A stretch of 64,000 nt of DNA from a virus. The DNA is taken from IMG/VR virus record IMGVR_UViG_3300036861_001052, positions 64,001-128,000 of that record. One strand, given 5' to 3'. Numbering within the stretch: position 1 is the first letter of the stretch; each line of letters begins with the position of its first letter. Position numbers and translations under genes: made by a program. The notes under the pieces were generated by a model. It was not told the origin of the DNA. It made no database searches and saw only the letters and a program-made list of their open reading frames with translations. Positions 8,981 through 18,438 of this stretch are shown here, in pieces.

Positions 8981-9739
8981 ATGTCCGATTCGGAGAAACC
9001 TCGCGATGAGGCGAGCCCCGACGCCGCGGAAGTGGCTCACAAGGCGACCGAGGACGCCGAGACGGAGTTTCACCCGTTCGACGAGCTCGACGAGGACTTC
9101 AAGCCGTCACCGGCGCTCAGGGTCTCGGGACCGGATGGCCTGCCGCTCACGGTCGACCAGACGACCCAGAGCGATATCCCCGCGCTCTCGAAGGACACGC
9201 TCATCTGCATGGGCGACTTTTCGTCGTTCGTGGTGAGGGACCAATGGCGCGCGGAGCTCTATGCATTTCCGCCGTCCGACGTCGAGCGCGCGCCCGACGG
9301 GCGCTGGCGCATCTCCATAGAGAAAGTCATCGAACGCTGTCGGCCTCTCATCGCGGAGTGTCGTGCCGCCCTCGGTGTCACGGTCGCGAACTTCACTGAC
9401 GAGCAGCTCATATTGAGCTGGTTCCACACAAACTATCACAGCGGGACGGCCGGCTTCCTCGTCGTCGAGCCTAAGCGTCCCCCGTGCCGGCACTACGTGC
9501 GCCAGGCGATCGACCGGGAGATCTACCGGCTCTGCGCGGCGAGGCGGACGACCGAGGGGACGTTCATGACGGTCAGGGATCTCTCGGTCCGCGCGTGCGA
9601 CATGCGCGATCCGTATGATCCGGCGCTCTCGGCGCGGCTCGACGAGTTCGATGAGATGAAGATCGAAGAAGGCGCCCATCGGGAATACTTGCCGATGTTC
9701 GGCGGCGGCATTTTCGATTCGAAAGGTGGAGACAAGTAA
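8981..9739 (+). CDS. Hypothetical protein
   Basis: 252-aa ORF, first of coupled operon. Confidence 0.75.
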   Translation: MSDSEKPRDEASPDAAEVAHKATEDAETEFHPFDELDEDFKPSPALRVSGPDGLPLTVDQTTQSDIPALSKDTLICMGDFSSFVVRDQWRAELYAFPPSDVERAPDGRWRISIEKVIERCRPLIAECRAALGVTVANFTDEQLILSWFHTNYHSGTAGFLVVEPKRPPCRHYVRQAIDREIYRLCAARRTTEGTFMTVRDLSVRACDMRDPYDPALSARLDEFDEMKIEEGAHREYLPMFGGGIFDSKGGDK

Positions 9740-10273
9740 ATGGCAGACGGAGCGACGGAGAAGGAAGAAGCGGAGATCGAAGAGGGCGTGAGTCTCGAGG
9801 AGGAGTGCCGGACGCTCTTCACTGAAGTGGAAGAGGCAAAGTCGCGGCTCGGAAAGCTCGCGACGGCTGCCGAGGGGAATAACCTCCCGAACATTGCCGC
9901 GCTCTATCGGGAGATGAGCGGCACCGTGCTTTCGATCCTCTCCGACCTCACGGCGACGGTCGGCGGAGGCTTCGCGGATATCGAAGAGGACGTGGAGCGT
10001 CTCTACACGCGCGGCGGCGGAGACGAGCCGACCGAATCCGTGCTCCTCGAAGAGGACGGCAAGCGCTACGTCGCCTACCTCGAGCAAGTCCGCCGCCTGC
10101 TCGAAGAGCTCGAGCGTCAGGCCTCGGGGCAGGCCGAGCAAGCGGAGGTCTTCAAGACTCTTCTCCGGCTGACGGACGAGCTCCTCACGTTCACGAAAGA
10201 GATTACTGCCGAAGAGGACGAAGACGAGCCCGAAGCGGGCGAAGACGACGAGCCCGAAGCGGACGAGGACTGA
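9740..10273 (+). CDS. Acidic helical protein
   Basis: GGAG RBS; E/D-rich termini. Confidence 0.75.
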   Translation: MADGATEKEEAEIEEGVSLEEECRTLFTEVEEAKSRLGKLATAAEGNNLPNIAALYREMSGTVLSILSDLTATVGGGFADIEEDVERLYTRGGGDEPTESVLLEEDGKRYVAYLEQVRRLLEELERQASGQAEQAEVFKTLLRLTDELLTFTKEITAEEDEDEPEAGEDDEPEADED

Positions 10274-12801
10274 TGACGGAGCAGGACGCGGCATTGCCGC
10301 ATGAAGGCGCGAGGGAAGTCGACCGGCAGCTTCTTGCCGAGTGCAAGCGCTACAGCGTCCCGTACAAGTCGTGGCTCGAGATGTCGGTCGGAGAGCGGGG
10401 AGCGGTCAAGGCGAAGTACACCCGTGGGCTTCGTCACGAAGCGAAGCGCCGCGGCATCGACGACGACGAGTTCGTGAAGATGACCGACGAGGAGCGCGAC
10501 CGGGTGCGAGAAGAGTACCCGGAGAGGCCGCCCGGAAAGAGAAAGCCGCGGACTGTCGATGAGGTTGCTCAGGCGCACGCCGCGCGCGTTGCGGACGTGG
10601 TGGATCAAGATCTCTCGTCGCCGGGCCCCTACTCGCCTGCATCCGAGGTGCCGGCGATCGAGGAAGACCCCGCGCGGCGCGACAGGCCGACGCTCGACGA
10701 AGTCGTGCCTGTCGAAAACAAGGATCTGGTCGGATGGGAGACACCGCGGAATCTTCGTGACGTCTTCGCGCGCTACACGATCGGCGACGGCCAGCACTAC
10801 ATCCGGGTCGAGCGCATCGAGCCGCGAGTCTTCCAGCAGATCGCTACCTCGGGCTACCTCGGCGAGATCCGGGAGCCGCTCACGGAGGAAGAGTTTCACG
10901 CTTTCTACGGCGGGCGGATCTACGAGCTCAGCGTCTACGGTCCCGACACGCAAGGCAGGCGCGATCCCGTGACGGGGCATCCTCTCATCAAACCGAAGAC
11001 GAAGCCCTTCCGGTACACGGTGCCGATGTATCCCCCGAATCTCGCCGTGCTTCCGGGCACGAATCCGACGAAGAAGAAAAACGGAGATCCCATGCATCCC
11101 TTCTCCATGTTCCAGTCGCCTGTCCTTCCGACGACGCCGGCGGACGCATCCATGCACAAGTCGAACCTCGACTTCGTAGCGCAGGTCATCGAGCGCTCGG
11201 CCGAGGAGAGTCGTGAGCTACGAAAAGAGCTTCAGTCGAAAGGATCGGCCGACGTGGACGTCCTGCGTGTGATTGGTGACCAGAGTAAGAGCGTCGTCGA
11301 GCAGGCAAACCGCGCCTCTGAGGCGCGCGAGCGAAGCCTCCTCGACCAGCTCGAAAACGAACGCGAGCAGCGGCGCGAGCTCGCCGCAAAGCTCGACAAG
11401 CTCCAGGAGCAGATGTCGGCCGAGCCCCGGCAGAGCCCCGTGAAGGACGCGGTCGAGCTCATGAAGGTGACGAACCCCGCGCAGACCGCCGAGCAGCATC
11501 TCTCCCGCCAGAACGAGTCGCACCGCTCCGAGGTCGCGAGCCTGAAGGAAAGCCACCGGGACGCCATCGAGACCTTGAAGTCGACGCATCGCGACGCGAT
11601 CGAGACTATGAAGAGCCGCCAGGAGGAAGAGCTCAAGCGTCTTCGCGAGCGCGCGGACGAAATAGAGCGAAGCTACGGGCGCCGGCTCGAGGACGCGGAA
11701 AGGCGCCAGCGAGAGGTAGCACAAGAGCACAAGGATCAGATGGAGCAGCTCCGGCGGGACGAGCGGGCGGCAGCCGATCAGCGTGTGAAGGACACGGAGA
11801 AGCGTTTCGAGGACAGGATCAGCGATATCAAGCTCCAGCAGGAGCGCGAGCTACGAATGCAGGAGGAGCAGCACAAGACGCGGGTCGAGACGACCAAGAG
11901 CAATCTCGAGCTCCAGCTCTCGAACCAGAAGGAGCGCGTGAAGCGTCTCGAGGACGAGGTCAGCGAAGCGCGCGCGGAGCTCGCCGAGGCGGGAGATCCA
12001 GTGGCGGTCGTCGAGAAGCAGGAGAAGATCGCAAAGTCTCTCGGCTGGAGGAAAGAAGAGAAGGACGGGCCGCAGACGGCCGGGGAAAGATTTGCGGCGA
12101 CGGTCGGCATCGGCCTCGGCAAATCACTCGAGGACATGGGGACGTGGCTCCCGAAGGTTGCTGAGGCGTTTCGAAAGCAGCCGCTCGGGGGCCCGCCGGT
12201 TGGCGTGCCGCCGGGTCTGCCCGGGCGAAGGCCGGGGCCGCCGGGGCAGCGAGGACCGGGACCGGGACAGCGGCGAGCGGTCGCGTGGGCGACGCAGGGA
12301 TCGATCCCCATCACCGATCACCGCCCGAGCATGCCGCCCGAAGCGCCGCCGGCCGCGCCGCCTCCTCAGCCAGAGGCAGCGCCCGCGCCGCAGCAGCAAG
12401 CCGCGCCTCCGCCCGAGGCGCCTCCGCCAGCGGCCGCTCCGGCCGAGCCCGCGCCTTCCAATGGTGCGGCGCCGTACCCGGGAGGGATCCCGGAAATTCC
12501 GATGGAGTTCGTGCAGGCGTTCCGGACGGAAGTGGAGATGTCGATCGACGGCGGACGGAGCCCAGACGAATTCGCACGGCTCTTCGTCGAGCGGTTTCCC
12601 GATCCCGCGCGCGAGCTCGTCACGCTCTACAAGGCCGAAGATCTCATGAAGCTCGTCGAGTCCCTCCCGAACGGCCCCTCGAGCAACATCCTCCGCCGTG
12701 ACGGAAAGCGCTGGGTAGAAAAGCTCTGGGCCGCGATCCCGATCGAGTACGCAAAAATGGCGAGCGCTGCAGCGGCGGCTCAGGCATCATCCGGCGTATG
12801 A
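10273..12801 (+). CDS. Large coiled-coil, Pro-rich protein
   Basis: About 300 aa of E/K/R/Q heptads, Pro/Ala linker, helical C-terminal domain. Confidence 0.8.
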   Translation: MTEQDAALPHEGAREVDRQLLAECKRYSVPYKSWLEMSVGERGAVKAKYTRGLRHEAKRRGIDDDEFVKMTDEERDRVREEYPERPPGKRKPRTVDEVAQAHAARVADVVDQDLSSPGPYSPASEVPAIEEDPARRDRPTLDEVVPVENKDLVGWETPRNLRDVFARYTIGDGQHYIRVERIEPRVFQQIATSGYLGEIREPLTEEEFHAFYGGRIYELSVYGPDTQGRRDPVTGHPLIKPKTKPFRYTVPMYPPNLAVLPGTNPTKKKNGDPMHPFSMFQSPVLPTTPADASMHKSNLDFVAQVIERSAEESRELRKELQSKGSADVDVLRVIGDQSKSVVEQANRASEARERSLLDQLENEREQRRELAAKLDKLQEQMSAEPRQSPVKDAVELMKVTNPAQTAEQHLSRQNESHRSEVASLKESHRDAIETLKSTHRDAIETMKSRQEEELKRLRERADEIERSYGRRLEDAERRQREVAQEHKDQMEQLRRDERAAADQRVKDTEKRFEDRISDIKLQQERELRMQEEQHKTRVETTKSNLELQLSNQKERVKRLEDEVSEARAELAEAGDPVAVVEKQEKIAKSLGWRKEEKDGPQTAGERFAATVGIGLGKSLEDMGTWLPKVAEAFRKQPLGGPPVGVPPGLPGRRPGPPGQRGPGPGQRRAVAWATQGSIPITDHRPSMPPEAPPAAPPPQPEAAPAPQQQAAPPPEAPPPAAAPAEPAPSNGAAPYPGGIPEIPMEFVQAFRTEVEMSIDGGRSPDEFARLFVERFPDPARELVTLYKAEDLMKLVESLPNGPSSNILRRDGKRWVEKLWAAIPIEYAKMASAAAAAQASSGV

Positions 12802-13577
12802 CACCGACCATCGCGATTCTGAACCGGACCACGATCCTCGACGACGCGGCCTTTCATCCGGTCGTCTCCGCGCTTCAAAAGCAGGTCTCGGGAGACTTCG
12901 CGCCGCTCTGGAGGCGAGACGCCTCGCTCGTGCACGTGGCTAAGAGCGAGACGCCGCCTCCGGGAGCCTGGCAGGTCGTCGTCTCAGACACGATCGCGAT
13001 GGCGGGCGCGCTCGGGTATCACGATTTCACGCATGCGGGCCTTCCGATCAGCAAGGTCGCGGCCAAGACTCACGGCAAGTGGACGGTGACGTTGTCCCAC
13101 GAGGTGCTCGAGATGCTCGGAGACCCCGACATCGTGAGGGCGGCGTTCATACAGACGAGCCCCTTTCGGGCGCTCGTCTACGCCTACGAGAATTGCGATC
13201 CGGTCGAGGACGATCGCTTCGGCTACGACATCGACGGCGTGACTCTCTCGGACTTCGTGACCGAGGAGTGGTTCGAGCCGGGCAGGTTTGGTGTGAAGTT
13301 TTCGTTTCGAGACACGGTCAAGCGTCCGCTGACGCTCGCGCCAGGCGGCTACATTTCTGTCTACAGGACGCCGGGCATCGGGCGCTGGATACAAGTCACG
13401 GCACGCGAGGACACGTACGCCGTGCACGAGGGCAATGTCAGCGAGATCACGCGCATGTACGCCGGGGAGCAGCACGGCTCCTACACGAATCTCTACCGGA
13501 ATCTCCCGAACGTCGGCTCCCGCCGCGAGCGCCGGAACCGGTCGCGCATCGAGTGGATGCGAAGCGACACCCCGTGA
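12798..13577 (+). CDS. Putative zincin-like metalloprotein (HExxE)
   Basis: LGYHD...SHEVLEMLGDP...AYENCDPVE...LSDFV. Confidence 0.55.
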   Translation: MTPTIAILNRTTILDDAAFHPVVSALQKQVSGDFAPLWRRDASLVHVAKSETPPPGAWQVVVSDTIAMAGALGYHDFTHAGLPISKVAAKTHGKWTVTLSHEVLEMLGDPDIVRAAFIQTSPFRALVYAYENCDPVEDDRFGYDIDGVTLSDFVTEEWFEPGRFGVKFSFRDTVKRPLTLAPGGYISVYRTPGIGRWIQVTAREDTYAVHEGNVSEITRMYAGEQHGSYTNLYRNLPNVGSRRERRNRSRIEWMRSDTP

Positions 13578-13597
13578 GCTACTCGGCGCGGCCTGCC

Positions 13598-13810
13598 ATG
13601 AAGCCCGAGACGCGGCAGCGTCTCATGCGGGACTACGCCTTCGCGCGAAAGCTCGTCGAGCACGGGCACCGCGCGGGCACGAGTAAGCACGGCGTCGTGG
13701 TTTCGTACAATGGCTACGTCTGGCGGGTCGTGGGTGGTGACGCCGTGCATCCTTCGCTCATGATCCTCCACGGCGTCCGCGAGGAGGACGTGTGCTGGAT
13801 GAGGCCGTGA
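13598..13810 (+). CDS. Hypothetical protein
   Basis: MKPETRQRLMRDY... Confidence 0.55.
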   Translation: MKPETRQRLMRDYAFARKLVEHGHRAGTSKHGVVVSYNGYVWRVVGGDAVHPSLMILHGVREEDVCWMRP

Positions 13811-13822
13811 CGGGCTAGCCCC

Positions 13823-13852
13823 TTGCCAGAGTCTCGGCCTCGGCAGTAAACT
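13823..13852 (+). promoter_or_regulatory. Sigma70-like promoter opening the structural block
   Basis: TTGCCA-18nt-TAAACT, 8 nt before ATG 13861; preceded by palindrome GGGCTAGCCC. Confidence 0.55.
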
Positions 13853-13860
13853 CCCGGGAC

Positions 13861-14394
13861 ATGTACCAGAGCACGGGACTTGGTCGCGGCGGCGGAGGTG
13901 GTGGGCACGGCGGCGGCGGTCATGGCGGGGGAGGCCACGGCGGTGGGGGTCATGGTGGCGGAGGCGGTGCTCGCGCGGGCGGTGGAGGCGGAGCGCGTGT
14001 CAGCGGAGGCGGCGGAGCGCGTCACGGCGGCGGCGGCCATCACGGTGGTCACCACGGCGGACGCGGCCGCGGTCCCACGAACGTTTTCGTGACCGACGGC
14101 GGCTGGGGACCTGGATGGGGCTGGGGGCCCGGCTATGCGGAGACCGTGTACGTCGACTCGTCGTGCGCTGTCGTCGACGACAGCGGCGTCTGTGTTTGTA
14201 AGTCTTTGAATCTCGACGGCAGCTGCGCGCGGCCCATCATCGGCTGGGTCGGCGGTCGCCCGGTCTACGGACTCGGCGCGGACGAAGAGAAGGCATCGGT
14301 CGCGCCCTGGATCGCCGGCGGGATCTTGCTCGCGCTTGCCGTCGGCGCGTACGCCCTCGATAAGAAGGGCCCAGCTCCGCTCCGTAGCTCGTAA
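13861..14394 (+). CDS. Gly/His-rich tail-anchored protein
   Basis: GGGGH repeats, Cys cluster, VYGLGA, C-terminal TM + KK. Confidence 0.75.
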   Translation: MYQSTGLGRGGGGGGHGGGGHGGGGHGGGGHGGGGGARAGGGGGARVSGGGGARHGGGGHHGGHHGGRGRGPTNVFVTDGGWGPGWGWGPGYAETVYVDSSCAVVDDSGVCVCKSLNLDGSCARPIIGWVGGRPVYGLGADEEKASVAPWIAGGILLALAVGAYALDKKGPAPLRSS

Positions 14395-14403
14395 TCGCGG
14401 ACC

Positions 14404-14655
14404 GTGCAGCTCAAGCGGTGCCGAGGAGTCTGCGGCGAAGAGTGGCCGATCGAGTCCTTCTCTCGCGATCCGGGTAACTCCGACGGTCGCCGGAACGAAT
14501 GTAACGCTTGCCGGCAGGAGCGGCGGGCAGCGCTCGCTCTGGGCGCAGCGCGGAAACGGCCGTGGCAGCACAAATTCGAGCGGGGCTATGACTACACGAC
14601 CGAGCGAGAGCGGCGGCGGGGCGAGGCTGCGGCGCGGCGGCGCATGATCGCATAG
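14404..14655 (+). CDS. Zn-finger protein resembling HNH endonuclease N-terminus
   Basis: CRGVC...FSRDPGNSDGRRNECNAC; no nuclease domain follows. Confidence 0.55.
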   Translation: MQLKRCRGVCGEEWPIESFSRDPGNSDGRRNECNACRQERRAALALGAARKRPWQHKFERGYDYTTERERRRGEAAARRRMIA

Positions 14656-14692
14656 GGGTTCTGGCCGGGAATTGCCCCGCCGGCGCCTCTAC

Positions 14693-14721
14693 TTGAGCTT
14701 CGGCCGGTGTCCCGGTAGAGT
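14693..14721 (+). promoter_or_regulatory. Sigma70-like promoter
   Basis: TTGAGC-17nt-TAGAGT. Confidence 0.45.
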
Positions 14722-14762
14722 GAAGGCTGCAGGGCGCTCCCGACGCCGGCCTCGGGAAAGTT

Positions 14763-15383
14763 GTGCGCTCGCTCCTCCACCATCAACCGGCGACCTTCAC
14801 ACCAGGCTATCCTGGTGCTCTCGGTTGGTATGGCGAGCCGATGGCGGGGACGCTCTCGAGAAATCCCCCGAACACGCTCGCGGGCTTTCAGGGGCACCCC
14901 GACACGCTTCGAGCGATGGTCCGCGCAGCGCACGGACCGCGGGGCGAGCAGAGCATCCTCGTCCGTAGCGTGACCGAGGAAGTGGTCGGGGACCTTCAGC
15001 CGAAGGACTACCTCGGTGAGATCTTGGCGATTCGCTACTGGGTGACCGAGCACATCCGGTACGTGAACGATTCTCTCCACGTCGAGATCGTGAAAGACCC
15101 GCAGCGAGTCATCGAAGAGATCCTCGCGCGCGGCCGCGCGGCGGAGGACTGCGACGGCATCGCTCTCATGATTGCCGTCATGTGCTTGCAGGTCGGACGC
15201 GTGGCGGAGTTCGTGGTGGTGGGCTTCGGCGAGCCGGGGCACTACAGCCACGTCTTCGTGAGAGTGAAGGAGCCACGGAGCGGCCAATGGATCGTGTGCG
15301 ATCCGGTTGCGGGCTCCGACGAGCGCGGCATGCTCGACCGCGTGACGACGTTTTACACGAAGAGCCTAGACGAGGCGGCCTAA
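14763..15383 (+). CDS. Transglutaminase-like (papain-fold) cysteine enzyme; candidate maturation protease
   Basis: WVTEHIRYVND, EDCDG (Cys), YSHVF (His), VCDP (Asp). Confidence 0.85.
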   Translation: MRSLLHHQPATFTPGYPGALGWYGEPMAGTLSRNPPNTLAGFQGHPDTLRAMVRAAHGPRGEQSILVRSVTEEVVGDLQPKDYLGEILAIRYWVTEHIRYVNDSLHVEIVKDPQRVIEEILARGRAAEDCDGIALMIAVMCLQVGRVAEFVVVGFGEPGHYSHVFVRVKEPRSGQWIVCDPVAGSDERGMLDRVTTFYTKSLDEAA

Positions 15384-16105
15384 TGTCGAGCAGGTTCCAG
15401 AGTCTCAGGCCTCCGTACCCGGTCTACGAGTCGCAACCGATCTTCGGCGGGGACTTGCCGACGATCGACGAGATCGGTCCGCCCGACGTCCGGGCTTCCG
15501 CCACGAACCCCTACTACGACATGTATCGTGGTGCGCACGGTCGGAATTTCTCTGGCCTCGGAGTAACCAACATGATGAGTGCAGACCGCGGTCTCCAGGA
15601 TTACCCGAACGAGCTAGATCTCCTGGCGGAGATGGACGACGTGCAAGGCAACGGCGTCTTCGATCCGCACGGCTCGCACGGAAACATCCATCCCGACGAG
15701 GGCGTCTTCGCCGATCACGAAAACCTCCCGGGCTATCTCGTCCGGGACGAGTACTACGCCCCGAGCCAGGTCATCGACGGCACGACGGGCGAGCCCGTGA
15801 TGTACGTGCCGGGCGGAGCCGTGGCGATCGATCAGTCGCAGCTCGACACCTACCGCGACCGGCAGCTCCTCTGGGAGATCCCGCCCGGGATGAGCGCTGA
15901 GCACCGAGAGGCGCCGCCGGACGGCGAGACGTGGATCCCACACGAGTACTCGTGGCCCATCTCGGGCATCGGCGAGGAGATTTCCCCGCCGGGGAGCGAC
16001 ACGGCGTCGCTTCCGGGGCAGAAGAGCAAGGTGCCGCTGATTGCGTCGTTCGCGATCATCGGCGTCGCCGTCGGAGTCTTCGTCGCAACACTGGTGAAGA
16101 AATGA
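15383..16105 (+). CDS. Tail-anchored putative virion protein
   Basis: FSGLG, ISGIG, C-terminal TM + KK. Confidence 0.75.
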   Translation: MSSRFQSLRPPYPVYESQPIFGGDLPTIDEIGPPDVRASATNPYYDMYRGAHGRNFSGLGVTNMMSADRGLQDYPNELDLLAEMDDVQGNGVFDPHGSHGNIHPDEGVFADHENLPGYLVRDEYYAPSQVIDGTTGEPVMYVPGGAVAIDQSQLDTYRDRQLLWEIPPGMSAEHREAPPDGETWIPHEYSWPISGIGEEISPPGSDTASLPGQKSKVPLIASFAIIGVAVGVFVATLVKK

Positions 16106-16512
16106 GCGGAGCCTACCAAAGCATTCTGCCGGAGTTCGATGTGTTCAGGTCGCCGGGTCCCGTGAGGGAGCCTCCCGGAGGTCAGATGCTCGGCGGCGTA
16201 AAGCCCCATCGCGCCGCCGCCTTCATCCTGAATCCCGGCGTTGCCGCGATGCGGGGCCTCGGGCAAACCGAGACGCCTGGCGCTCCGCCCGCGCCGGTCA
16301 TGCCGCCGGAGCCAAAGAAGCTTCCCGTGTGGGCCGCGGTCGGGATCTTGGGGCTCGTCGGATACCTCGGATACGAGATCGGGAGCGCGATGACGCCTTC
16401 CGGATCCAAGAAGACGACGTGGGGTCTCATCGGGATCCCCGTGACGCTTTTCACGGGCCCCTTGGGCCTCGGCGTGATGGGGATCGTCTCCAATCACCAG
16501 AGGAGAAGCTGA
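16102..16512 (+). CDS. Membrane protein, two C-terminal TMs
   Basis: MRGLGQ then TM segments + RRS. Confidence 0.75.
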   Translation: MSGAYQSILPEFDVFRSPGPVREPPGGQMLGGVKPHRAAAFILNPGVAAMRGLGQTETPGAPPAPVMPPEPKKLPVWAAVGILGLVGYLGYEIGSAMTPSGSKKTTWGLIGIPVTLFTGPLGLGVMGIVSNHQRRS

Positions 16513-16515
16513 GCC

Positions 16516-16797
16516 ATGAGAGGCATTGGAGCGTACTCACTAACCACGGCGAGTCATCCAGATCCAACCGGAATGCGGTGCGGAGACGGGAGGACCGCTA
16601 TCAAGGAGTCGAACGGTAGCATCTGGTGCTACTCCGATGCCGAGCTCGCTGCGCTCAGGGCAGCTGGTGCTGGCGTTACGGTGCGCAACGCGACTCCATT
16701 CGAGCGGTTTACCCATTCGCTCACGGAAGTTCCGTGGTGGGTCTATGCAGGCATTGGCGCTGGTGGACTCTGGTTCTTGTTGGGGAGGAAGCACTAA
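16516..16797 (+). CDS. Small tail-anchored protein
   Basis: Starts MRGIGA; ends TM + RKH; visibly more AT-rich. Confidence 0.7.
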   Translation: MRGIGAYSLTTASHPDPTGMRCGDGRTAIKESNGSIWCYSDAELAALRAAGAGVTVRNATPFERFTHSLTEVPWWVYAGIGAGGLWFLLGRKH

Positions 16798-17123
16798 TGG
16801 GCTGCGGTTGCTCGGCGCCTCTCGGTGACTCGATGAACACCTACCAGGGCCCTGTTCCGCCCGGCGTGCCGAATCCGTTCACGCCGATGCTGCACTCGTT
16901 TCCGACGCGCTACCACGGCCCGATCTACACGCGCCCCATGAACCAATTCCCCTGGCGCGAGCGCCCGAACGACTTCGCGCTCGAAGAGGGCATGCAGGGA
17001 CTCGGCGCGGACGACGACAAGGCAATCCCGCCGGCGTGGAAGATGGCCGTCGCCGCGGGCCTCGTGGGCATCACGATCTGGGCCGTCGTCAAATGGGCGG
17101 ACGCCCAGCCAAGGAGGGCGTGA
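16797..17123 (+). CDS. Tail-anchored protein
   Basis: MQGLGADD then TM. Confidence 0.75.
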   Translation: MGCGCSAPLGDSMNTYQGPVPPGVPNPFTPMLHSFPTRYHGPIYTRPMNQFPWRERPNDFALEEGMQGLGADDDKAIPPAWKMAVAAGLVGITIWAVVKWADAQPRRA

Positions 17124-17578
17124 TGTACAGGCGCGACGGTCAGCCGATGCCCGAGCACGAAGAGGGCGCCGCCTTCTTCAAGCCGATTGCGGGGCCCGAA
17201 GCGGAGACGGGTCAGATCTGGGGCGTCCAGAAGAATCTCCTCACGCACGGGTTCAATGTGCACGGTCTCGGCGTCCCGGCGATCGATCCCAACACGAGCA
17301 TGATCTCCGACGAGGAGGCCGCGCTCCGGAGCGGAGCGGAGACGCTCCCCGAAGTGAGGATCGAGGGCCAGCCCATGGGCGGCGCAGAGTTCTACGAGAG
17401 CTCCTTCTGGAGACTTCTCGCTGTCGCCGGCATGGCCGTCGGCGCCTACCACGGATACAAGCGGAACAATTCCGTGGGTTGGGGCATCGGCTGGGGACTT
17501 CTCGGCGGACTCGTTCCGATCATCGTGATCCCGATTGCACTCGCACAAGGGATCGGAAAACCCAAAGGCAGGTCGTGA
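17123..17578 (+). CDS. Membrane protein, two C-terminal TMs
   Basis: VHGLG; GAYHGYKRNNSVGWGIGWG. Confidence 0.75.
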   Translation: MYRRDGQPMPEHEEGAAFFKPIAGPEAETGQIWGVQKNLLTHGFNVHGLGVPAIDPNTSMISDEEAALRSGAETLPEVRIEGQPMGGAEFYESSFWRLLAVAGMAVGAYHGYKRNNSVGWGIGWGLLGGLVPIIVIPIALAQGIGKPKGRS

Positions 17579-18438
17579 TGGACGTCAATACTCGAGGCGG
17601 TCTTTTTGGTCCCGGCGGCTACGGCGGCGGGATCTTCGACGGATCCCAGATGGGCTTCGGAGGGCTCGGACAGTCCGAGCAGGCCGCGGCCGGCATCGGC
17701 CTCGGCGCGACGACCGGCGCCTTTCAGTGGTGCAGCAAGACGAGCCCGTGCGCGACCGGCGATCCGAGGGTGAAGTCTCTTCAGACGGCGCTTAACCGCG
17801 TGCTCGCGGCGCACGGCATGAAGCCGCTCGTCGTCGACGGGAAATTCGGCGCGGCGACGTGCGGCGCCATGGTGTGGCTCGCGGCCGTGCCGGTCGCCGA
17901 GTGGCAGAACGACCCCGTTCTCTCGTCGGCGCACGACTACATGATCGACGCGAGTGGCCACGCCGTGTGCCAGTCGTACACGGCTCCGACCCGGGTCGGA
18001 TCCACGACGCCGGTCGACATCAACAAGGAGATCGGGATCCAGCTCCCGAGCGTGTCGGCGCCCTGGATGCAGCCGAATGGAGATCTGCCGGGCCTGCAGC
18101 AGGGGATCAATCACGATCTCTCCGAGCACGGATTCGATCCGATCTCCGTGACGGGCATGCTCGACGCAGAGACCTGCGGAGCGATGCTCTACGCGAAGGA
18201 ACACTGGGGGATGAGCGAGTACCTCCAGCGCTACGGCCAGAACTGCCAGGCGTTCACGGCGCCGCACCAGCACGCCGTGCCGGTAACGCCCGGGCCTGCG
18301 CCCACGCACGACGAGGAAACGCCGCACGCGGCGGTCGGCGCGAAGAAGAGCGGCGTCTCGACGGCGTGGGTTCTCGGCGGCCTTGCTGCCGCGGCGGGCG
18401 TCGCGGGTCTGGTCGCCATGAACAAGAAGAGGCGCTAG
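17578..18438 (+). CDS. Tail-anchored protein with two peptidoglycan-binding-like domains
   Basis: VKSLQTALN...VDGKFGAAT and LQQGIN...VTGMLDAET; FGGLGQ; TM + KKRR. Confidence 0.8.
   Translation: MDVNTRGGLFGPGGYGGGIFDGSQMGFGGLGQSEQAAAGIGLGATTGAFQWCSKTSPCATGDPRVKSLQTALNRVLAAHGMKPLVVDGKFGAATCGAMVWLAAVPVAEWQNDPVLSSAHDYMIDASGHAVCQSYTAPTRVGSTTPVDINKEIGIQLPSVSAPWMQPNGDLPGLQQGINHDLSEHGFDPISVTGMLDAETCGAMLYAKEHWGMSEYLQRYGQNCQAFTAPHQHAVPVTPGPAPTHDEETPHAAVGAKKSGVSTAWVLGGLAAAAGVAGLVAMNKKRR

Noticed and set aside
10273-12801. SMC-like or packaging ATPase
   Set aside because: No proper Walker A/B; GLGKS lies in an amphipathic segment without the preceding strand
14404-14655. Active HNH endonuclease
   Set aside because: Only the N-terminal Zn-finger-like part is present
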